From Archaeoglobus fulgidus DSM 4304 (lineage in GTDB: Archaea > Halobacteriota > Archaeoglobi > Archaeoglobales > Archaeoglobaceae): a stretch of DNA of 32,000 nt. The stretch is from positions 810,001 through 842,000 of the forward strand of contig NC_000917.1 in NCBI RefSeq assembly GCF_000008665.1, read 5' to 3'. Of this stretch, positions 8,164 to 17,105 are shown one piece after another. Each line of letters begins with the position of its first letter. Position 1 is the stretch's first letter. The notes under the pieces are model-generated. The model was not told the DNA's origin and searched no databases. It saw nothing but the letters and a program-made list of their open reading frames with translations. The translations under genes and the position numbers were made by a program.

Positions 8164-9876
8164 ATGCACATGAGCGAAATCATGGAAATGCTGATACGCA
8201 GAGGATTCCTCTGGCAGTCTTTCGAGATATACGGAGGAATGGCAGGTTTTATCGATTACGCTCCTCTTGGTAACAACCTCAGAAGGAAGATTGAGAACAT
8301 CTGGCGGAAGTACTTCGTGATCAATGAAAGAGCGGCTGAGATTGACACACCAACCATAGGCATAGAGGAAGTCTTCATAGCTTCTGGCCACGCAACCTCC
8401 TTCACGGATGTTGCAATTGAATGCGAGAACTGCGGGAGGGTTTACAGAGCAGATCACTACGTCAAGGAAAAGCTGGGAATCGAGGTAGATGAGACTGTCG
8501 AGGCGGTTAAGGAGGTCATGGAAGTTTACGACTTGAAGTGCGAATGCGGAGGGAGATTCAAAGACCCTGCCCCCATGAACCTCATGTTCTCCACCACCAT
8601 TGGGCCGGGGAAGGGAAAGAAGGGCTACCTTCGCCCCGAAACCGCTCAGGGAATGTTTGTCGACTTCAAGAGGCTGGCGAACTTCTTCAGGGAAAAGCTT
8701 CCCTTCGGTGTGGCGCAGATTGGAAGGGCTTACAGGAACGAAATCAGCCCGAGGCAGGGAGTGATAAGGCTGAGAGAGTTCAATCAGGCGGAGCTGGAGT
8801 TCTTCGTCCATCCGGGGGAGAAGAAGCATCCACACTTCAGCCTTTACGCTAAAGATGTGGTAAAGCTTGTGGATAAGTTTGACAGCCAGCACGAGATAAC
8901 GCTTGAGGAAGCGGTGGAGAAGGGAATCATAGCCAACCAGATTCTGGCGTACTTCATAGGAAAGACGAGGCGATTTCTGCTTGAGATAGGCATCAAGGAC
9001 GAGAAGCTGAGGTTCAGGCAGCACAAGGATGTAGAGAGGGCTCATTATGCAACTGATTGCTGGGATGCAGAAGTTTTAACCAGCTACGGCTGGATTGAGG
9101 TTGTTGGCATTGCGGACAGAACAAACTACGATTTGAAGAGGCACAGCAAGTTCAGCGGTGAAGATCTGAGCGTTTTCGTGCCCTACGAGGAGCCAGTTAA
9201 GGTGAAGAGGAGGAAAATTGTCCCCATACTGAGCAAGCTCGGTCCCGAGTTCAGGCAGAAGGCAAAGAAGGTAGCTGAGGCTCTTGAAGCTTTAAATGTT
9301 GAAGCTGACTTGGATGAGGTAGAGGTTGAGGTTGACGGCGAGAAGGTAAAGGTAACGAAGGAGTTCTTCGAGATTCAGGAGGTCGAGGAGGAGGTTACGG
9401 GAGAGAAGGTCATACCGCACGTCATAGAGCCATCCTTCGGCCTTGACAGGATTACCTACTCCGTTCTTGAGCACGCCTTTGATAAGGATGTTGTTGATGG
9501 AGAAGAGAGGAGAGTTCTGAGGCTCAAGAGGTGGGTCAGCCCGATTGAGGTTGCCGTCCTACCTTTGCTCTCAAGGGAGCCCTTCGAGTCGAAGGGGATG
9601 GAGATTGTCCAGATGCTGAGAGAAGAGGGTATTTTCACCGATTACGACGATTCGGGAAGCATAGGGAGAAGATACAGGCGTTTTGATGAGATAGGAACTC
9701 CCTTCTGCGTAACCGTTGACCATCAGACCTTTGAGGATGAGACCGTAACAATCAGGGACAGAGACACGACTGCACAGGTTAGGGTGAAGCTTGGCGAACT
9801 CCCATCAATCCTCAAGGAGCTGCTGAGAAGTGAGAAGGACATAACGGAGTTCGGGGAGGTCTTCAGGCAGGTGTAG
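8164..9876 (+). CDS. glyS: Glycyl-tRNA synthetase (class II, homodimeric type)
   Basis: 570 aa: RRGFLWQSFEIYGGMAGFIDYAPLG, FNLMF-type LMFSTTIGP, YLRPETAQGMFVDFKR, GIGRAYRNEISPRQG, EPSFGLDRITYSVLEHAF. Confidence 0.98.
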   Translation: MHMSEIMEMLIRRGFLWQSFEIYGGMAGFIDYAPLGNNLRRKIENIWRKYFVINERAAEIDTPTIGIEEVFIASGHATSFTDVAIECENCGRVYRADHYVKEKLGIEVDETVEAVKEVMEVYDLKCECGGRFKDPAPMNLMFSTTIGPGKGKKGYLRPETAQGMFVDFKRLANFFREKLPFGVAQIGRAYRNEISPRQGVIRLREFNQAELEFFVHPGEKKHPHFSLYAKDVVKLVDKFDSQHEITLEEAVEKGIIANQILAYFIGKTRRFLLEIGIKDEKLRFRQHKDVERAHYATDCWDAEVLTSYGWIEVVGIADRTNYDLKRHSKFSGEDLSVFVPYEEPVKVKRRKIVPILSKLGPEFRQKAKKVAEALEALNVEADLDEVEVEVDGEKVKVTKEFFEIQEVEEEVTGEKVIPHVIEPSFGLDRITYSVLEHAFDKDVVDGEERRVLRLKRWVSPIEVAVLPLLSREPFESKGMEIVQMLREEGIFTDYDDSGSIGRRYRRFDEIGTPFCVTVDHQTFEDETVTIRDRDTTAQVRVKLGELPSILKELLRSEKDITEFGEVFRQV

Positions 9877-9879
9877 GCT

Positions 9880-10770
9880 TTGCTCGTCCTCTCTGGGGGA
9901 ACAGGGACGCCAAAGCTTCTGCAGGGGTTGAAGGAGGTAGCTGACTTCTGGGTTGTCGTGAACACAGCCGAAGATGTCTGGGTTTCGGGAAACAAAATCT
10001 GCCCTGACATTGATTCGGTCATCTACGCAATTGCGGAGGTCATCGACGATGAGAAGTGGTGGGGGATAAAGGGCGACACCTTCCACACGCACGAGAGGCT
10101 GAAGGAGCTCGGCTTTGACGAGGGCATGAGGATTGGGGACTTGGACAGGGCAACGCACATTCTGCGGAGCGAGATGCTGAGGGCTGGAAAATCTCTCTGC
10201 GAGGCTACAAAAGCTGTTGCTGAGGCTTATGGGGTAAAGCAGGAAATATTCCCGATGTGCGAGGAGGAGGTTTCCACCACTGTTGTGACAGATGAGGGGG
10301 AGATGCACTTTCAGGAGTTCTGGGTTCTCAGGAGGGGAGAGCCTGAAGTGAAGGACGTCTACTTCAGGGGCATTGAGAAAGCGAGAATTCCCGATGAGGT
10401 CAAAGAAAGGCTGAGGAAGGAAAAGGAAGTGCTTATAGGCCCCAGCAATCCAATAACCAGCATACTGCCGATTTTGAGCGTTGAGGACTTCAGAGAGAGG
10501 TTGAGGGACAAAAAGGTTATAGCAATCTCCCCCATAGTGGGAGAGAAGGCTGTTAGCGGTCCGGCGGGGAAGCTAATGAGGGCGAAGGGCTATGAAGTTT
10601 CTGCAAGAGGAGTGGCGGATGTGTATGCGGACTTCCTTGACCTTCTGGTGGTTGATGAAGCCGACAAAGGTGTAATGGAGAGAAGTGTGGCCACGAACAC
10701 CATAATGAAGACAAAGGAAGATGCCGTAAGGCTCGCAGAGTTCGTGGTTAAGCTTTTTGATGGGCTATGA
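9880..10770 (+). CDS. cofD: 2-phospho-L-lactate transferase (coenzyme F420 biosynthesis)
   Basis: 296 aa, TTG start; [55 protein letters not shown]-like [14 protein letters not shown]. Confidence 0.95.
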
Positions 10771-11618
10771 TAGTAAATGTGGCAGAAATAAAGAAATTCT
10801 TGGAATCTTTACCGTATCCAAAGCACTGCATCCACTGCGAGGGCACTGATGAGAATGCTGAGAATCCAGTGCACCATCCAAGCTACGAAGTCACACCATC
10901 CTGCAACCTGAGATGCATCTTCTGCTACTCCAGAGTTGCCCAGCTTAAAGGCACTGCCCCAAAACCGGGCTACTACGGTTCTTTAAATCCGAAGGCCATC
11001 ACCATCTCGCAGTACGGGGAGCCCTTCGTTGTTGGCACGTCCAGGGTTGTAGAAATCATCAGAAAGCTCAGAGAAAGGTTTGGGGAAGTGAGGATTGACA
11101 TCCAGACCAACGGAACACTTCTTGAGCCGGAAATTCTCGGCAGTGAGGCGGACATAGTCATGATCAGCCTCGATGCTGGTAGCAGGGAGAGCTATGCTGA
11201 GATAACGGGGAAAGATTTTTTCGAGAGGGTTGTGAAAAACATCGAAAAAATGTCAGAACATACTTACACAGTTGTAAGGACAGTTTTCATGCCGGGCATT
11301 AATGACGAGGAGCTTGAAAGGATTGCCGAGATTGCTTCGCAGGCTGATGAGCTTTTCTTGCAGCCCCTCTCCATCTACAGAGAGAACACAGAGCTTTTGA
11401 AAAGGCTTGACGTTGAGAGGGCTGAGAGCTTGGGTGATTACCTTCAAACTGCTTACAGACTTTCAGAAATCGCCAGCGTAAGAATTCCGGGCTGCCTTCT
11501 TTTGAACATGCGCTGGTTTTTGAGGGAGTTCGAAATAGGGGAGCTTATGCTTGTAAAAAGGGATGCCTTCGGAAGCGTTCCGATGATGCAGAGGCGCTGG
11601 CAGTTCATCATTGAGTAA
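10767..11618 (+). CDS. Radical SAM protein
   Basis: 283 aa: [11 protein letters not shown] (CxxxCxxC), DIQTNGTLL; additional N-terminal CIHCEG pair. Overlaps the cofD stop by 4 nt. Confidence 0.9.
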
Positions 11619-11648
11619 ATTTATTCTTTCCTCTGTCGAACAACCATT

Positions 11649-12104
11649 ATGAGATTTGCCGTTGTGAGCGACACGCACGACAACCTTTCAGCGGTGAAGG
11701 AGCTTGCTGATGCCCTGAGCAAAGAGAAGCTGGATTTTGTGGTGCATGCGGGCGACGTGATTGCCCCCTTCACCTTGAAAGAGTTCGAAAGGCTCGGAGT
11801 GAAGCTTTACATAGCCTTCGGGAACAACGACGGCGAGAGGAGAATTCTCACGCAGATTGCGGAGCGAAACAGCTGGGAGATTGGCGACATCGTTGAATTT
11901 CCGGGCGGAGTGGTTTACCACGGCACAGACAAGAGAGTGCTGGAGGTGCTGAAAAAGCTCGAAACTCTCGTTGTCTTCGGCCACACGCATGAAGTGCTGA
12001 AAGAAAAGAACCTGCTCAATCCCGGAGAGGTTTGCGGCTACCTGACGGGCAAGAGGACTTACGCCATAGTCGAGGACGGAGAGATAAGCATCTTGGAGCT
12101 TTGA
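11649..12104 (+). CDS. YfcE/MJ0936-type metallophosphoesterase
   Basis: 151 aa: VVSDTHDN, VHAGDV, FGNNDGE, VFGHTHE motifs. Confidence 0.93.
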   Translation: MRFAVVSDTHDNLSAVKELADALSKEKLDFVVHAGDVIAPFTLKEFERLGVKLYIAFGNNDGERRILTQIAERNSWEIGDIVEFPGGVVYHGTDKRVLEVLKKLETLVVFGHTHEVLKEKNLLNPGEVCGYLTGKRTYAIVEDGEISILEL

Positions 12105-12140
12105 GGCTAAACTTAAAAAACTGCCTGAAGGTGTAAGAGC

Positions 12141-13433
12141 ATGCGTGTTTACACTGCCGACGTAAAGCCTGAAATGGAAGGTCAGAAGGTCACGCTGTAC
12201 GGCTGGGTTCACGAAGTTCGTGATCTCGGTGGGCTGGTGTTCATACTGCTGAGGGACAGGGAGGGGATTGTTCAGATTACTCTCCCGAGAAAGTTTGTCA
12301 GCAAGCAGGTTTTCAAGCTGGCCAAGAAAATTAGAAGGGAAAGCGTTATTGCGGTAACGGGAGAGGTTAGAAGGGAAGAGAAGGCTCCGGGTGGTGTGGA
12401 GATTATTCCAGAATCAATTGAGGTTCTGAACGAAGCTGATGCTCCCCTTCCCCTTGAGGTCACAGAGAAAGTTCCAGCAGAGCTCGACACTCGCCTTGAC
12501 CACCGCTTCATGGATTTGAGGAGGCCGAGAGTTCAGGCCATCTTCAGAATAAGGCATCAGGTGATGCAGAGCGTGAGAGAATTTCTGTCAGAGGAGGGTT
12601 TCATTGAAGTGCACACACCAAAGATTGTTTCAACCGCAACTGAGGGAGGAACGGAGCTTTTCCCAATAAGCTACTTTGAGAAGGAGGCTTTCCTCAACCA
12701 GAGCCCCCAGCTATACAAGCAGGTTCTGATGGCTGCTGGCTTCGAGAAGGTCTTTGAAATTGGCCCGATTTTCAGGGCCGAGGAGCACAACACCACACGC
12801 CACCTCAATGAAGCAATCTCCATCGACATTGAGATGAGCTTCACCGACCACAACGGAGTCATGGACGTCCTTGAAAGGCTCGTTCAGAGGGTTTACGAGG
12901 ATGTGGCTGAGAAGTGCGAGCGCTACCTTGGCTGGCTCGAAGTTTCGCTGGAAATACCTGAGCTGCCCTTCCCCAGAATAACCTACGACGAGGCGAGGGA
13001 GATTGCAGCGAGAAAGGGAGAGGAGATTCCGTGGGGAGAGGACCTGAGCACCAACGCCCTCAAGCTTGTTGGAGAGGAGATGGGAGGCCTTTACTTCATC
13101 ACCGACTGGCCTACTGAATCAAAGCCCTTCTACGCGATGCCCTATGAAGACAGGCCTGAAATCAGCAAGAGCTTCGACTTAATGCACGGCTGGCTTGAGC
13201 TTTCGAGCGGAGCCCAGAGAATTCACCTCTACGACATGCTGGTTGAGAGCATAAAAGCGAAGGGAATGGAGCCCGAGAGCTTCGGCTTTTATCTTGAAGC
13301 TTTCCGCTACGGCATGCCGCCCCATGCAGGCTGGGGACTTGGAGCTGAGAGGCTCATCATGTCCATGCTCGGCCTGAAAAATGTGAGAGAAGCGGTGCTT
13401 TTCCCGAGGGACAGGCACAGGCTCGTTCCTTAG
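12141..13433 (+). CDS. aspS: Aspartyl-tRNA synthetase, archaeal type
   Basis: 430 aa: OB-fold [25 protein letters not shown], class II motifs [47 protein letters not shown]. Confidence 0.97.
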   Translation: MRVYTADVKPEMEGQKVTLYGWVHEVRDLGGLVFILLRDREGIVQITLPRKFVSKQVFKLAKKIRRESVIAVTGEVRREEKAPGGVEIIPESIEVLNEADAPLPLEVTEKVPAELDTRLDHRFMDLRRPRVQAIFRIRHQVMQSVREFLSEEGFIEVHTPKIVSTATEGGTELFPISYFEKEAFLNQSPQLYKQVLMAAGFEKVFEIGPIFRAEEHNTTRHLNEAISIDIEMSFTDHNGVMDVLERLVQRVYEDVAEKCERYLGWLEVSLEIPELPFPRITYDEAREIAARKGEEIPWGEDLSTNALKLVGEEMGGLYFITDWPTESKPFYAMPYEDRPEISKSFDLMHGWLELSSGAQRIHLYDMLVESIKAKGMEPESFGFYLEAFRYGMPPHAGWGLGAERLIMSMLGLKNVREAVLFPRDRHRLVP

Positions 13434-14375
13434 CTCTGCTTTACAATTTCTCCCTCTTTTATCACCGCTTTAAGGGCATCCATCGGCTTTACTCCCAGAC
13501 CAACGAGAAGCTTGATCTCAAGGCTGTTCAGGCCGTAAAGCTGCACCTCCTTTGCCCCTATGAAGAAGTCCGTTCCCGTTGCAAGCCTCACTCTCTCCCT
13601 GTAAGCCCTTTTTATGGACTCGGCATGTATCTCGTGCACTTCTTTCAGCTTCTCAAGCATCCATTCGGGCAGGTTGTTTGAGGGCCCGAATTTCAGTGCG
13701 ACGTCAACGATGGAGAGTGTGGGAATGAGAGTAACGTCCTTTTCAACTGACAGATTTATTGCATCCTGATTCAAATCCATTCCGTGGGCGAGGGTTTTTA
13801 CCCCCTCCTCAACGGCGTTGATGTATCCCTCAGATGACTCGGCATGGGCGTGGACAAGCCTGCCTGCCCTCCTCGCCTCCTCAACAACAGCAGCAATCTC
13901 CCCCCTCGTCATCTGGGGGAATTCGGGCTTGTCCTTCTGCGACGCAACACCTCCGGTGACAAAAATCTTGATGAAGTCCACTCCTTCCCTCAGAACGTAG
14001 CGAGCACCTTTCCTGAACTCATCCTCCCCATCGCAGAGGAGAGACTGGAAAGGGACCTTTATCTTCGAAGTTCTTGCGTCTGCAAGCTCAGGGGGGAGGA
14101 AGTGGATGTCCCCATGCCCGAAGGTCTGCGAGAGGGGATATCCAGACGCCACTATTCTCGGCCCCCCTCACAACACCCTCCTTAACCGCTTCTCTGAGAT
14201 GCAGAGCCACAACACTCCCTGCATAACTATGGTAGTATATCCAGCATCAAGCATCGCCTCCAAATCCTTTATTGCCCTAGCAACGAAAACGCCGAAGGTG
14301 TAAGCAGGCTCTCCCTCACGTAGTCCCCACTCCTGAAGCCCGTGACGTGCAGGTGGGCATCTATCAGCTCGTCCC
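13430..14375 (-). pseudogene. Degraded metal-dependent amidohydrolase (5' portion frameshifted; C-terminal part apparently internally deleted)
   Basis: Reverse-strand fragments in different frames: LIDAHLHVTGFRSGDYVRESLLTP | FGVFVARAIKDLEAMLDAGYTTI | YAGSVVALHLREAVKEGVVRG | PRIVASGYPLSQTFGHGDIHFLPPEL...DFIKIFVTGGVAS...VHAHAES...LAHG...LATGTDFF. Contains HxH, TGG, HAH, and GTD motifs. Confidence 0.85.
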
Positions 14376-14700
14376 CATGTCAGAGCCGGGGATGTAAAGG
14401 GCCTTTTTAAGAAACTGAGCAATGTATCTGGCGTACTGGTAAGTATCTCCCTCCTATGCTCCGAATTTGGGTCTGCACAGATTCCTCCCTTCGCCCCGCC
14501 AACGGGAATTCCAAAGATTGCAGCCTTGAGACTCATAGCCCTCACAAGCCATGCAACCTCCTCAACCGTAACGTCGGGCAGCATCCTTATTCCACCGGCA
14601 CATGCACCAAATTTCAGAGTGTCAAGGACCTTGTCCCGTATTTCGGGTCGTAGAACCGCATCACCACTTCCGGCCCGATCTCATCATAGACAACGGCCAT
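14370..14700 (-). pseudogene. Glutamate/leucine/phenylalanine/valine dehydrogenase N-terminal remnant
   Basis: Fragments MAVVYDEIGPEVVMRFYDPKYGT | VLDTLKFGACAGGIRMLPDVTVEEVAWLVRAMSLKAAIFGIPVGGAKGGICADPNS | YQYARYIAQFLKKALYIPGSDMGT in shifted frames; GGAKGGI and YIPGxDMGT are GDH-family motifs. Confidence 0.85.
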
Positions 14701-14801
14701 AGAATTGTTCTTTCTTAAACATTAAAAATTTTCCTCCGTGGAATTGAAAAATTTCCTCAAAACCTCCCTGATTTTATTTTTCGAAACATGTATCGAATTT
14801 T

Positions 14802-14978
14802 ATGCCTGCTGTAATAGATGCGGCAAGATGTGACGGATGCGGGCTTTGCATTCCAGAGTGCAAGGGAAATGCCATCCACCTCAATGGCAGCAAGGCTTAC
14901 GTTGATGAGGATGCCTGCATGGAGTGTGGCGCTTGCGTGAGGGCCTGCCCCAACAACGCCATCAGCGTTGAGTGGTAA
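14802..14978 (+). CDS. Small 2[4Fe-4S]-type ferredoxin
   Basis: 58 aa, read directly: MPAVIDAARCDGCGLCIPECKGNAIHLNGSKAYVDEDACMECGACVRACPNNAISVEW. Two CxxCxxCxxxC-type clusters (first CDGCGLCIPEC). Below the length cutoff of the supplied ORF track. Confidence 0.93.
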   Translation: MPAVIDAARCDGCGLCIPECKGNAIHLNGSKAYVDEDACMECGACVRACPNNAISVEW

Positions 14979-15023
14979 ATGTTTGTGTCCAAGGGCTAAA
15001 ATCAAGATTATTACCCTTTTTAA

Positions 15024-15611
15024 TTATTTGTAGCCAATCAGCCAATCTGGCTTTTCGGGTAAGGAAATTTCTGTGCCGCTTAGTGTGTAGTATTCTTTTA
15101 AGACTTCAAGAAATTCCTCCCAAAGAACATCCAGAGCCTCTTTCCACTGTTCAAAATCTTCCTTGGCATAAAAAGTCCAATTTGCAGATCCAGCGATTTT
15201 ATCGGCCTTGAATTTGAAATGCATTGGCAAAACTCTTAACAGGTTATTACCTGCCAAGTAGCGTCTGCATGTTATTATCGTCTCGATTTCATCTTCAGTC
15301 TGGGCTGTATACACATAGCTTGAGAAAGCCTTTATTAGCGGTATGTAGAACTTTTCTAGTCTATCTTCGATTGCTTTCAATCTCTGTTGTCTTGCCATCA
15401 GCTGAACCTGTCTGTTACTAACTAAAATAGTCACGAGTGCTGCTGATGCCATTATGGCTGTTGCTAAAGCAACAACTGAATTTGAGAGGATTATGTCCTT
15501 CATAATAACAGATTCAGCAACAAGAAATGCAAAAAGAATCAAAATGACCAATATAGGTAACCAGAGTCCTATAACACTTTCACTCTTTTTTATGAATTTC
15601 ACATTTTTCAC
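15024..15611 (-). CDS. Hypothetical membrane protein with two N-terminal TM helices and a cytoplasmic helical domain
   Basis: 195 aa: VIGLWLPILVILILFAFLVAESVI and SVVALATAIMASAALVTILVS hydrophobic segments, then an amphipathic charged region. Confidence 0.65.
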   Translation of the reverse strand: MKNVKFIKKSESVIGLWLPILVILILFAFLVAESVIMKDIILSNSVVALATAIMASAALVTILVSNRQVQLMARQQRLKAIEDRLEKFYIPLIKAFSSYVYTAQTEDEIETIITCRRYLAGNNLLRVLPMHFKFKADKIAGSANWTFYAKEDFEQWKEALDVLWEEFLEVLKEYYTLSGTEISLPEKPDWLIGYK

Positions 15612-15636
15612 CTCCTTCTTTATTTGTTCCGACTCC

Positions 15637-16584
15637 TCAACATTTTAACGTTTGATGCGCCAACAAAATTCTGTATCTTAGGGGCGGGTGAGTTTGAGGA
15701 ATAGGCTGGTTAAGGATATTCCGAGGGAAGAGGTAGTAAATACTCTGTTTCAACAAAATTTTCAGGATTTCAAATGGTGTCACATCTCCCGAATTGAAGT
15801 TTTTCAGGTCTATTTTGCCGACAAATTCTGCATAATCCCCAAGAACATTGTAAAAATACGTCTTGAAAAGAGCTTTGGAGAAGTTTTCGTACCCAGACTT
15901 TTTAACTGCAAATAAATCGGCTTCATGCTCGTTTATCCAGCTGAAAACCATGAAAAATGTTGCGTAAATGATAAGTAGCGCTCCTAGGGTTATAAAAAGA
16001 CTTACTTTAAGATTTGGTTGAAATTTGCCCATTTCCAAGAGAAAAAGTGTAGTTAATACAACAGCAGCTATCAAAACCCAAAACATCATGGCAGTAGATC
16101 TAGTTATCATCCACCACTTGTTTTTAGAATGCCCTGATTCATGGTAAATAACAGCTTTAAGCTCCTCACCGGAAAGAACGTCTTTAAGACTTTTCGTGAC
16201 AAAAATTTTTCTTTTAAGCGGTGTATAAAATGCGTTGTATACTTTCTTGCCCTTTTCGTAACCAATAATAACAGGAATACCATCAATTTCGCCGTATTTC
16301 TCTTCATTTTCAAATTTCAATTCAAACACCACCTTAAAAATCGGCAAGAGTATTATAAAGACCGCTAATTCTACCAATAAGATAAATAATAGGTTGGAAA
16401 GTAAATTCCAGAATGACCAGAAGAAAAGAAGGATATAAACCGCAAATGAAGCAACACTGAAAATTCCCGAAATCTTCCACCACCTCTCCCGCCTTAAGTA
16501 TGAGCAATATAATAAAGATAAAGATATGACCACAAGAATCGCTACGAACAAAATTAGGCTGCTTGTTGCCCATGACTCGAGCAT
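15637..16584 (-). CDS. M48/M56-like membrane zinc metallopeptidase
   Basis: 315 aa with four or more TM segments; AVIYHESGHSKNKWW (HExxH) and NEHEADLFAVKKSGY (second zinc ligand). Confidence 0.85.
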   Translation of the reverse strand: MLESWATSSLILFVAILVVISLSLLYCSYLRRERWWKISGIFSVASFAVYILLFFWSFWNLLSNLLFILLVELAVFIILLPIFKVVFELKFENEEKYGEIDGIPVIIGYEKGKKVYNAFYTPLKRKIFVTKSLKDVLSGEELKAVIYHESGHSKNKWWMITRSTAMMFWVLIAAVVLTTLFLLEMGKFQPNLKVSLFITLGALLIIYATFFMVFSWINEHEADLFAVKKSGYENFSKALFKTYFYNVLGDYAEFVGKIDLKNFNSGDVTPFEILKILLKQSIYYLFPRNILNQPIPQTHPPLRYRILLAHQTLKC

Positions 16585-16685
16585 GTAATTTATATGTTTT
16601 CAAAAATAAATATGTTTCGTTTAACCTCCTTGATTCACCAAACTCAAATCCAAAATTATTAAAAATTTCCCTCCCCTTCAATTTT

Positions 16686-17105
16686 ATGGATGAGTTTGAG
16701 GGGCTTTTGAAAGCTGTTGGCTCTGCACCCTGGTACAAGCTAATCGGAATGGTTCCGAAGTTACAGGGAGACAGGGTTGTTGTAGAGATGGAGATTGATA
16801 GAAGCAAACATCTTCAGGCCCTCGGCACCACTCACGGTGGGGCAATTGCCAGTGTTCTCGATTCTGCCATTGGCCTGAACGTCAACAGAGAGGTGGTGAA
16901 GATGGGGAAAACTGCAGTGACAGCACAGCTCAACATTCACTACATCAGGCCCGTTACGGAGGGAAAGATTGTGGGAGTGGGAATGCCGATGCATATCGGC
17001 TCAAAGGTTACGGTTGGTTACGGAGAGGTGAGGAACGAGGAAGGAGAGCTTGTTGCTGCTGGCACTGCAACCTTCTACATAATCGACAGAAGGTTCAGGG
17101 ACTGA
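16686..17105 (+). CDS. PaaI-type hotdog-fold thioesterase
   Basis: From ATG 16686: MDEFEGLLKAVGSAPWYKLIGM...LGTTHGGAIASVLDSAIGLNVN...TAQLNIHYIRPVTEGKIVG...GELVAAGTATFYI. N-terminal 41 codons of the longer ORF look non-coding. Confidence 0.88.
   Translation: MDEFEGLLKAVGSAPWYKLIGMVPKLQGDRVVVEMEIDRSKHLQALGTTHGGAIASVLDSAIGLNVNREVVKMGKTAVTAQLNIHYIRPVTEGKIVGVGMPMHIGSKVTVGYGEVRNEEGELVAAGTATFYIIDRRFRD

Noticed and set aside
8140-8170. Repeated tgcattctgcactgcatgcac before glyS, possible operator or T-box-like element
   Set aside because: Only a short imperfect repeat of TGCA words; no conserved regulatory structure is recognisable.
8143-9045. 300-aa minus-strand ORF antisense to glyS
   Set aside because: Low-complexity-like mirror of a codon-biased gene; the plus-strand GlyRS frame has complete catalytic motifs.
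14168-14584. 138-aa ORF treated as a new fused protein
   Set aside because: It is a mosaic of frames from GDH-like and amidohydrolase-like sequence; only portions match each family, so it is pseudogene sequence rather than a novel protein.
14757-15005. 82-aa minus-strand ORF
   Set aside because: Antisense to the complete ferredoxin gene with intact Cys motifs.
16334-16807. 157-aa minus-strand ORF between the M48 peptidase and the thioesterase
   Set aside because: Overlaps the start of both real genes in another frame and has no family-like motifs.
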